Positions 20,149 to 29,800 of a DNA stretch of 64,000 bases are shown in pieces. The DNA lies in IMG/VR virus record IMGVR_UViG_3300028393_000031. One strand, given 5' to 3'. The notes beneath the pieces are model-generated. The model worked only from the letters and a program-made list of their open reading frames with translations, had not been told where the DNA came from and searched no databases. The position numbers and the translations under genes are program-made. This DNA is from an uncultured virus (IMG/VR IMGVR_UViG_3300028393_000031). Its lineage: Duplodnaviria; Heunggongvirae; Uroviricota; Caudoviricetes. How positions within the stretch are numbered: position 1 is the first letter of the stretch; every line of letters begins with the position of its first letter.

Positions 20149-23100
20149 ATGATGTTCAACAGCGTTTCGGCATGCACCCCCAATAGTGTTGTTACTGTAG
20201 ATTTTTTCTCAAGTAAATCACAAACATTAAGTATCCAGCAGTCGGTTACACTATCAGTAAATGGTAGTGTAATTCCATCTGGCGTAGTAGAGTTGCTAGC
20301 AGGTGACCATGTAGAAGCTACATTGACTACACCACTGTCTTATTTGGGTTATCAAATCTATACGTATGTACTAGATAGTTTAAAACAAGAATTTGCAATT
20401 GTTAATAAAAATGATTATAGACCGTCAGTAAAAACCACGGATGCTAGAAAAAAATGGTTTAATTATGTACCACAAAAATTTTTAATTAGCTTCTATAAAA
20501 GTACAAAAAATAATCAACAACTACTAGGATTCAATAGGAATTTTATTCCTAATATTTCATCATACCATATTGTATTAGATCATATAAATGATGCAGTTTG
20601 CTTTTATACAAAATATGAAGAATTAATTTCTAAAGTAAATCTACCAGCCGGGCCAATTGATTATAGAAAATTTTCAAAAATTGATCCTGTTACTAATAAA
20701 TTAATTACCGAAGCAGTAGTTTTATGTGCAGATAAAAAAATGTACAGAATTACTTTTAGAACGTATTCTATTAACACTAATACGTTTGATCCAGTTGTGA
20801 CTCCTGTTGGAACATTTAATAATAATCTGCCGTTTGAAGCCGATCTTCCTAGTGGTCAGTCATATACAGATGCTAGACGCGCATACTATAGATCAAAAAT
20901 AAATCCTATAGTAACATCATTTGATATAAATCAACGCGGTGCAAACGCACATATATGGGTAGTCGGACAAGGTAGTATATACTATTTAAATGATCAGTTT
21001 CAATTACTTAATACATTTAGCAGCGCCTTGGATAAATTTGCCTCAATTGCATGTATTGACAACGGCGCAATTGTTGTTACTACTCTAGGAGTAATATACT
21101 ATGTAAGCAATTCTGGTAACCTCACACAGCTAACAAATTTGGGACAAAATGTTAACTCGGTTGGTACGCCATCAAGTATACTCGATGGCAGTTATGTGGC
21201 GATTCCGGACCCCAATAATCGTCGAATCATAGTTACAAATTACGACGGCGCAGGCGTCTATTATATTTCAACCCCAAATATGGCTCCTGCATATGCAAGA
21301 CAGTTTGATCAAAATTTATGGGTCACGGGGCATGATAATAATGTTGCGTTATCAATTGATCGAAACAATCAAATAAAAGAATATGCATTTGATAATAAAA
21401 TTACATTGGTATCAGTTGTAGATAATAGTTGTCTTGCGGTACATTACTTACAAGAGTTTTCTACTTTAAATTTTCTAGCACCCAGTGGTATTACTGTTAA
21501 AAAAATAATACCATTTCAATTTGATGATAAAACTGGACCATTAAGTCATATTGGTAGCAGACCAATCCGAGTAAAAATGTTAGGAGTTGAATCAATTGCA
21601 GCCTATACTAATAGTGGAGATTTGTCGTATTGGGTCAACGGTGCAAAAGGTGCAACAAATACTAAATTTAACACAGGCGACTATTTAGGTATTAGTTTTA
21701 AAGCATATTCAAATGGAATTTATAGACGTACTGTTGTTATTGGTGAAACTGCAATTGATTGTAATTTTACTGTAGTATCGTCAAGTAAACAATCTGATTT
21801 CTTTGTGCCTGGTACAGTAGCATTAACCAGATACAGTAGCCTGACGGAATACAGCTATATTAAAGCTGATGTTGATATTGGAAGCCGTGACACGGGAGTG
21901 GATAGTATATCATTGCCGTTTAACTTAACTATGTATGGCCTTGCCAAGACAAGTATAAATGTAGCAACCGACGGATATATAACTTTTGGACAAAATACTC
22001 CAATGGGTAATGTAGCAATTGGAAGCCTAACTACGGATGCATTATATGTTGAGGCAGCACGTGATCTGTATCTTGGTGCACCAATTGACAATACCAATCC
22101 CTTAAATATACACACATCAACTTTAAGTAGTGTACCCGGGGTATATTACAAAAAAGGAATTTTGGGTGATTTTAATTTTATTAGAATTCGCTGGGTAGGA
22201 TCAGAAGCCCAACCCTATCCATTAGGAAATGTTGTTGTTACTACTGCACCAACAACCAGTTCGACTAAAGTTTTTGTTAATCAGATAGAATCTGTAAACG
22301 TAGGAGATTATGTCAGTGGACCGGGAATTACAGTCTCTACTAGAATTGCATCATTTACTAACTCTCCTGATCTTACTTTTATTGCTATTGATGTTAATGT
22401 TATTTCTAATTTTATAAGAGTTGAATATAATGCTACAACAAAACCTTATTTTACTAATTCTGTTAATCTAACATTATCGGGTGATCCAATACTAGTAACT
22501 GACAGTGGTGGATCTGTATTGTATGGTGGTACATTTATAGTATTGGCTCCAAGCACTGTGATAACTAACCCCCCTATCACGTCACTGATTTTAATCGACA
22601 CTTTTAATAATTTATTGTTATTCAATGGAACAGTTGACACTGATGTTGACACTTCTTTTTATGTAGTATTTAATAGTAGTACTTACTCCTATACTGGACC
22701 AACTGAAGTTTACCTGGACGGTATACAGACTATAGACAGGATTAGTATTTCAATTGTTTGTATAGCGCATTTATACGCAGGATCATCTACACAATCTGTA
22801 AATGAATTTTACGTAAGTGCGGCAGATTATGATAAAGTATATATTAATACAGTTATTACTAATATTACTTTTGGCAGAGTGTCAGGAAAAAGATTCAACG
22901 GTGATTATATAATTACTACCGAAGATTATAATAATATAACAATTGGTAACACATATACTATACAATTTACAAAAATTCAAATGGCAAGTTTGACAGCGCC
23001 AAATGGGTATTTTTTAATATATTATGCATCAGTTAATAATCTTGGGTTCACTGGCATCCCAATTAAATTTCATAGAATTGGATTTGAAGTTGCAAACTCA

Positions 23101-26100
23101 ACATTTATACCAAATGGCGCTACAATAATAGTAAAACAAAAATATTTTACATTAGATAATCCGGCAAGTATAACCTTTGGCACAAACTTACTGGTTAAGA
23201 CTATATTACCAGTTAAAGAACTTACTTACGAGGTTGGAATTTATGTTGGTAGAGCATTGCAATACATTGAATATTTTTATGACAACTCTAATCATCTGAG
23301 TACAGCAAATGTTGGAATTTCATCTTCGTCGATAAAATCAATTTATACTAAAACAACAAATGCCAATGGTAGTATTGTATTTGCTAGTGAAGCCGGAACT
23401 GGCGATTGGTCCCTACTAGGCACTGGTAGTTTTTCTTATGTCGATCAAGGATTTCAGCCTTATAATAAATTTCAAATATTTAGACCAGTTACAGTACCAA
23501 GAAAAAACGAAACTAAAATTGAAATTTTAATGAGTCAATCTATATTAACTAGTCAGAATATTTATGTGAGTGCCGAGTTTGGAATATTAGCTATAAACGG
23601 GTCTGAGTACACAGACGGAGTAGCAATAAAAGAAAATGATATGATTTCATTGACGGTGCCATTTAATACATCTCAAAAGTTAGTTACGCCGTTGATTAGC
23701 ATTGGAAATTATAAATTTGCAGCACCGATGATTTCAGATTCTGTATTTTTTCCAAATGGTCGTACTACAGCGCCATACTATGGATATCAATTAAAGGAAA
23801 TATTATTCTTATATGATAATCAAAATCCTAATACTTCTATAACTGCTACAGTTACTATTCCTCTGTCAGATACTTATTATATACCAGACTATTATAGAAG
23901 CCCGGGTGCTGGTATTGGTCAATCATACTTTCTAACCAGGGGTACTACTATTATACGTGGTATATTACAATCTGGCAATTATTTTGATTTACGTGCAGGA
24001 GATATTATTACAATTGAAAATATATTAACTCCTGCTAGTATATACGACGTTCGTGATACATTAATTTCTACTTCAAGTAGAATACTTAGAATTAGTGTCA
24101 GAACTGGTCCTGGCGTAATTTTTAATTACATTAATTTTGGAACATTAGTCGAACCGTATGCCAGGGGAATAACATATACAAGTAATCCATTGAACGGTTC
24201 ATTAAGTTATGCAGGTGAAGTATTTTTTACATCAAACTTGACCTTAACAGCAAATACTACAGTTTCGGGCGCTAGTTTATATATAGACACAGCCTATGCT
24301 AATTTAATAATCAATAATGTTGATAAAGGAAAATATGCAACCAATGTATCAACTTCTGACATTATTTCTATTAGAAGAACAATAGTAAACTATTTAGATT
24401 CAAACGTTACCTTATACCAAGTTAAAACTGATACTACATTATCAAGTAAAGTGTATATACCAATTGGAAATTGGGGATTGCAAAATAAAATTATTACCAA
24501 TGGAGTGATAATTACTAAAGAAAATTCATCTAAACATAACATTGCTCCAAATAGTGTATTTAATACTGATGAAATTAAAATTAAAATCAGAGCCAATGTT
24601 GATATAAAAAACTCGCCCGACATTAAAGCTAAAGCACCTGAAATATTCTTAGAAAAATTAAAATATACCAACGCACCAAAAATTAAAACAGTTAAAATTT
24701 CTCATAGTAATAACAGATTTCTTGCCCCACTATCTATAAAATTACCCGGTATAAATTTAGTCAAATCAAAAAAAATTCCAATTGATTTGAATAATACATA
24801 TTCTTATATAATGTCAACTGTGGCTGTACCACATGCCATGGAACATTTTAGTTATATAAAATCAACTCAGATAGCCTTTGCAAAACCTCATATTATAAGT
24901 TATTTTAGTATAGGTTCGTATACACCAGTATTACCTCATAGCATTAGCTATCTTGAGAATAAAGGACTAGTCTCTAAGACAGATGCTATAACAACCTACA
25001 TTGTAAATGGAGGTTATCAAAGTAAAGCTGATTCTACAATAAGTTATTTTGAGAATAAAGGACTAGCCTCTAAGACGGATGCTATAACAACATATTATGA
25101 AAATAAAGGATTTATTGCTGCAACAGATGTTAATTCGGCCTATTTTAAACATACAGTGGGTGATGCCAAAACCGATACTGTAACAACTTATGTTGAAGCA
25201 CCATTGGGTGATGCTAAAAATGATTCAATGACTACTTATATTGAGAATACCTTAGGTAATGCTAAAACTTATTCGTTAACAACTTATGTTGAAGCACCAT
25301 TGGGCAATGCTAAAAATGATTCAATGACTACTTATATTGAGAATACCTTAGGTAATGCTAAAACTTATTCGTTATCAACTTATTATAAACAAACTCAAGG
25401 CAATGCTAAAAATGATTCAATGACTACTTATATTGAGAATACCTTAGGTAATGCTAAAACTTATTCGTTATCAACTTACTATGTCAATGATACATTTAGT
25501 GCTGGTCAAGAAGTAAATTCTACGCAACTTATCAAAGAAATTAATGATTTTAATTTGTTACGCGATGGGCAACAAATTGAATCTAAGACAACTCCTCATA
25601 ACGATACTTCTATTCAATACCCTGAAATTCATGTACCATTCAGACAAGAAACAAGAACCAATGGGTTATACCATAAAATTGATGCAACTACTGAATATAT
25701 AACATCAGAGTTTAGTTCAAACACGCCGCCAGAAAAAATAACAGATGTTGATTTATCTATCTTTTTAACACCAATAATTATGCACGATGCTGATATTTTA
25801 GGTAGGGTATCACCAGTAACTGAACAATTTATATCAGAATTTAGTGCAAATGCTATACCTATTATTACACAACCAATTGAATTAAAAACAAATCTTGCAC
25901 CAAGTCTTGAAAGCAATGAAGGAAATCATATAGGTAGAATTGAACCAGCTGCTGAAATTAATGAAGCTATGTTTAGTCAAACATTATATCCTATAATGGA
26001 TATAGAAACAGTATTACAAGATAATTTAACACCGGCAGCTGGTATGCCATCTGAGCTAGTTGGACCAATGGATCCAATATTAGAATCCGAGGATCCTTTC

Positions 26101-26850
26101 AGACTTAGCACACCATTGGTGCCAAAATTTGATCTTGACCATTTACCAAGTCAGATTCTGTTACCAGTTATGGAGGTTGATACCGGTTTATTACAAGAGC
26201 TGCCGCCACAACTTGATGTTGATACCGGTTTATTACAAGAGCTGCCGCCACAACTTGATGTTGATACTGGTTTATTACAAGAGCTGCCACCACAACTTGA
26301 TATTGAACCTAGCACTCTTAAAGAGCTGCCACCACAACTTGATATTGAACCTAGCACTCTTAAAGAGCTGCCACCACAACTTGATATTGAACCTAGCACT
26401 CTTAAAGAGCTGCCACCACAACTTGAAGCAGAAACATTTATAATTAAAGAATTGCCTCCGCAACTTGATGTTGAGCGTCGCACCATGATACCTTTAATTA
26501 GTGAATTCCAAGCGCAAATAATGTATACTACTAAAGAGCTAGATCAAGTATCTTCGTTTTATACATATATAAAAATATATGCTATTGGAAATGTAGGAGA
26601 CACTACAAAATACATTGATCCGGCCACTGGCCCAATTGGGAAACCATTTAGCAGAGAATACAAATATGTATCTGCGGCCTACAGAACACGCTACGATGCT
26701 TCTATAGAAGCGGGTAAATACTATGCTGCTGATGTAGTAAAAGTTGGAACAGATTATTGGAATTACCGTGTATATTTTGACACACGACATTTCTGCATAC
26801 CTAAAAAAGGTAGATTATTCCCAACATCATGGTATATAAGCGGAGGATAA
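20149..26850 (+). CDS. Giant mosaic virion protein (propeller-like N-terminus, NIDO-like segment, C-terminal repeats)
   Basis: 2233-aa ORF with 'ISLPFNLTMYG..INVATDGYITFG' and 16-aa and 14-aa repeats. The start may be ATG 20152. Confidence 0.7.
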   Translation: MMFNSVSACTPNSVVTVDFFSSKSQTLSIQQSVTLSVNGSVIPSGVVELLAGDHVEATLTTPLSYLGYQIYTYVLDSLKQEFAIVNKNDYRPSVKTTDARKKWFNYVPQKFLISFYKSTKNNQQLLGFNRNFIPNISSYHIVLDHINDAVCFYTKYEELISKVNLPAGPIDYRKFSKIDPVTNKLITEAVVLCADKKMYRITFRTYSINTNTFDPVVTPVGTFNNNLPFEADLPSGQSYTDARRAYYRSKINPIVTSFDINQRGANAHIWVVGQGSIYYLNDQFQLLNTFSSALDKFASIACIDNGAIVVTTLGVIYYVSNSGNLTQLTNLGQNVNSVGTPSSILDGSYVAIPDPNNRRIIVTNYDGAGVYYISTPNMAPAYARQFDQNLWVTGHDNNVALSIDRNNQIKEYAFDNKITLVSVVDNSCLAVHYLQEFSTLNFLAPSGITVKKIIPFQFDDKTGPLSHIGSRPIRVKMLGVESIAAYTNSGDLSYWVNGAKGATNTKFNTGDYLGISFKAYSNGIYRRTVVIGETAIDCNFTVVSSSKQSDFFVPGTVALTRYSSLTEYSYIKADVDIGSRDTGVDSISLPFNLTMYGLAKTSINVATDGYITFGQNTPMGNVAIGSLTTDALYVEAARDLYLGAPIDNTNPLNIHTSTLSSVPGVYYKKGILGDFNFIRIRWVGSEAQPYPLGNVVVTTAPTTSSTKVFVNQIESVNVGDYVSGPGITVSTRIASFTNSPDLTFIAIDVNVISNFIRVEYNATTKPYFTNSVNLTLSGDPILVTDSGGSVLYGGTFIVLAPSTVITNPPITSLILIDTFNNLLLFNGTVDTDVDTSFYVVFNSSTYSYTGPTEVYLDGIQTIDRISISIVCIAHLYAGSSTQSVNEFYVSAADYDKVYINTVITNITFGRVSGKRFNGDYIITTEDYNNITIGNTYTIQFTKIQMASLTAPNGYFLIYYASVNNLGFTGIPIKFHRIGFEVANSTFIPNGATIIVKQKYFTLDNPASITFGTNLLVKTILPVKELTYEVGIYVGRALQYIEYFYDNSNHLSTANVGISSSSIKSIYTKTTNANGSIVFASEAGTGDWSLLGTGSFSYVDQGFQPYNKFQIFRPVTVPRKNETKIEILMSQSILTSQNIYVSAEFGILAINGSEYTDGVAIKENDMISLTVPFNTSQKLVTPLISIGNYKFAAPMISDSVFFPNGRTTAPYYGYQLKEILFLYDNQNPNTSITATVTIPLSDTYYIPDYYRSPGAGIGQSYFLTRGTTIIRGILQSGNYFDLRAGDIITIENILTPASIYDVRDTLISTSSRILRISVRTGPGVIFNYINFGTLVEPYARGITYTSNPLNGSLSYAGEVFFTSNLTLTANTTVSGASLYIDTAYANLIINNVDKGKYATNVSTSDIISIRRTIVNYLDSNVTLYQVKTDTTLSSKVYIPIGNWGLQNKIITNGVIITKENSSKHNIAPNSVFNTDEIKIKIRANVDIKNSPDIKAKAPEIFLEKLKYTNAPKIKTVKISHSNNRFLAPLSIKLPGINLVKSKKIPIDLNNTYSYIMSTVAVPHAMEHFSYIKSTQIAFAKPHIISYFSIGSYTPVLPHSISYLENKGLVSKTDAITTYIVNGGYQSKADSTISYFENKGLASKTDAITTYYENKGFIAATDVNSAYFKHTVGDAKTDTVTTYVEAPLGDAKNDSMTTYIENTLGNAKTYSLTTYVEAPLGNAKNDSMTTYIENTLGNAKTYSLSTYYKQTQGNAKNDSMTTYIENTLGNAKTYSLSTYYVNDTFSAGQEVNSTQLIKEINDFNLLRDGQQIESKTTPHNDTSIQYPEIHVPFRQETRTNGLYHKIDATTEYITSEFSSNTPPEKITDVDLSIFLTPIIMHDADILGRVSPVTEQFISEFSANAIPIITQPIELKTNLAPSLESNEGNHIGRIEPAAEINEAMFSQTLYPIMDIETVLQDNLTPAAGMPSELVGPMDPILESEDPFRLSTPLVPKFDLDHLPSQILLPVMEVDTGLLQELPPQLDVDTGLLQELPPQLDVDTGLLQELPPQLDIEPSTLKELPPQLDIEPSTLKELPPQLDIEPSTLKELPPQLEAETFIIKELPPQLDVERRTMIPLISEFQAQIMYTTKELDQVSSFYTYIKIYAIGNVGDTTKYIDPATGPIGKPFSREYKYVSAAYRTRYDASIEAGKYYAADVVKVGTDYWNYRVYFDTRHFCIPKKGRLFPTSWYISGG
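24930..25480 (+). repeat. Coding 48-bp / 16-aa repeats (TTYIENTLGNAKTYSL-type)
   Basis: 'gctaaaaatgattcaatgactacttatattgagaataccttaggtaatgctaaaacttattcgtta' occurs three times. Confidence 0.9.
26176..26472 (+). repeat. Coding 42-bp / 14-aa tandem repeat (ELPPQLD), 7 copies
   Basis: Two sub-types, DTGLLQ and EPSTLK, form adjacent blocks. Confidence 0.92.
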
Positions 26851-26851
26851 T

Positions 26852-29800
26852 ATGGCTGCTCTAATATCAAATCAGATTGTAATTGTTCCCAATACAAAAG
26901 ACATAGCAATGAATACTAAGTCGGTATCGTCTGTGGCCAACGATTACATACATATAGAGTTATTTGGTGATAGCATTATGTGCGGCCGAGACCCTGACGA
27001 ACTTGTTCCTTTATTAGGAGTTTGTAGTAAAAATGATCAAATTACTGCTAGAGTGCCAGAACCGCCGGCTAGACTGTTAACTTTATTAATGCCACAGCAT
27101 AAACTTATAGTCACTACCAGATCCCAAGGAAATAGTACCAGTGGAGAATTGTTGTACGGAAAAGATGGAGTAAATGAAGTATGGCCGGACGTTATACAAG
27201 CAAATATTGTAATCATAAATCACGGTCTAAATGATGCTAAACAAAATGTATCATTGACCGAATACAGACATAATTTAATTTCATTACGAAACGGATTAAA
27301 ACCAGATCAAATAATGATCTGGCAAACACCAACTATAACTAAATTTTGGGATACTAATCCTTATGCAGAAGTTATGCGCGAAGTTGCAGCAAAGTATAAA
27401 GATGTAGTTGCAGATGCTAATAGAATGCCAAATTGGTTAAATGAACTTCCTGACGGTATACATCCTAGACAATTGGGTTATTATAAATTAGTGGATCTGT
27501 GTTTAACCAGCAAAATAAATTCTGCAATTATAAGAAAATACGGATCACAGTATGTACCCTATAAATGGTATAGAAAAGACTACCAAGAGAAATTTCTATT
27601 AGATAATCAAAAATTAATTGAGTTATCGTTTGTTCCTCGATCTCATAGATGGGTAGAGGTATATTACAGAGACAATCTTTCTTTTAGAGCTGTATCACGC
27701 GGGGCATTGGATATTTACGGAAAATTAGATGCCGGTCTCTGGGATTCAAAAAAAGATGTAGCGTTTTTTTATACGCAACGTAGTTATAATTTATGTCGAA
27801 TCAGACGCACAGACGGCAAAGTAATTTTTAATAAAAATTTTGATGTATACGGTAATCCAGCGGAAGCAAAGAATCTTGCCAAAGCATTAAATTCTACATC
27901 TAGCGATTATATAGTAGTAGTAACAACATCCGACGAACCAAAAAAGAATAGACTTACTGTTGAGTTAACTGAGGCAATGTATAGGTGTGGGGCAAGTGAA
28001 ACAATTTTTGGGTCTGCACTATTTAAATTTAGATCAGCATATACCTTAGTGGGAATTCCTGGCTGCGGAAAAGGTAACGGGATTGAAGCATATAACGGAT
28101 GTATTGACGGATACCCAACAACTGCTAAACCAATACTAGGATTGAAACCCAATGAGTTTTTGGTTACGTATCCATTTACTAATCCAAAATATCAATGGTC
28201 TTCGTTGTTAAATGCATATGGTATATGGGATGATAATATATCTGGATTGGTAACAAGCACGGCTGTAACTAAAACAACAATCTTAGCTGGATCAAAAACA
28301 AATGTAGGTGTTGCAAAAGGTACACTAGTTTTGCAACCTACTATGTCAAAATTATTGGCAAGAATTATTGTTAATTCACTGGTTTCAGAAATATTAGATA
28401 CTATAGCCCCTACATCAACAATAACTAAAATAGGATCTGTGACACTTTCAACAGTGCCAGATCCAACGTTGGTTCTTCCTGCAATGCTATTTGGAGATAA
28501 TAATAAAATAGGGTACATATCAATTGACAGTATGCCTAAATATAATTTGTCATTTTATGCACCAAGTAATTATACTATTGAGTTTTGGATATATCGTACC
28601 ACTGCTAATCGTGGCGGCATAGTGATATCCAAAAACACCGAATATGAAATTTTTATTGAACAAGATGGAACAATGTCAATTGCAACAGATTGGAACCAGG
28701 GAACAGACATATCTCTTGCTGGCGGTAACGGTCGAATATTTACTACAGTAATAATTCCTTTAACTGTGTTAACACACGTAGCAGTAGTAGTTAACGGAAC
28801 ACAAATTCTTTTATATGTAAACGGAACACCTAGAATACAAAATAATTTAACTCTCTATTTAAATAGGACTGCCCAACCTAGTACTAGCCCTGTTACATTG
28901 GGTAATAAAGAAGGTGATGCAACTCCAGCTAATCAACTGTATGCTTATATTTTTGATATCAGGATATGGGACGAAGCTAGAGCTCAAGGGGATATTTTTT
29001 CATATATGAATTTACCCAATGCGTTAGGAGCTGTACAATCAATTTATTATGACATAGGGGTAGTTCCGTTACTTAAAAATCTTACAATAAATGTTGGAGC
29101 AGCATCCACTGAAGATATGATATTAGTTGGGTACGATGTATCGGCTACTGATCTTTTAAATTTTGGAATACAAACATCACTTAGCAATATACGAAAAGTT
29201 GAATATGGCGATATTGTAAATTGGTCAAGTGAATTTACTGTGGAATTTAATTATACTATTGGTTATTGGATATGGAATGTAGCAGAAATTCCTTCCATCC
29301 CAATGGCAGGGGTATTATACCATAATAATTATGCAGGTAGAGATACTACATCAATTATAAAATACAACGAATGGTACGTTGGCTCTGGTTCAATAACCGG
29401 TTATACTCATAATGGAAACGTAAATGAAAATGAACGTGTTCTTGGCAGTAATCCATGGTCTAAAACTGACGTAGTATGGGAGGCAAGACCAACGTCTGAC
29501 AATCAGGCTGACGGAGGGTGGAATACACCGTGGTTTGACATCGATAATACTAAAATGTATAGGTTTTCTGTATGGGTTAAGCGCACTTCTACTGCCGCTG
29601 GGGGTTATTTTTATTTAGGTATGTATGGTAATAATGGCGGTGCATGCCGTATGGATACTGGAGATGCAGAACTTAATCCTTATTGGGACTATAGATTAAC
29701 GTCTCAATTAACACAAAATCAATGGTACCTTTTTGTAGGGCATGTATATCCTGCAACAACTACATCAACTGGTAAACATCCAGATTCTGGGTATTATACC

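Noticed and set aside
26176..26472. CRISPR-like periodic repeat
   Set aside because: The units are head-to-tail with no unique spacers, their lengths are multiples of 3, they lie inside a CDS, and no cas genes are present.
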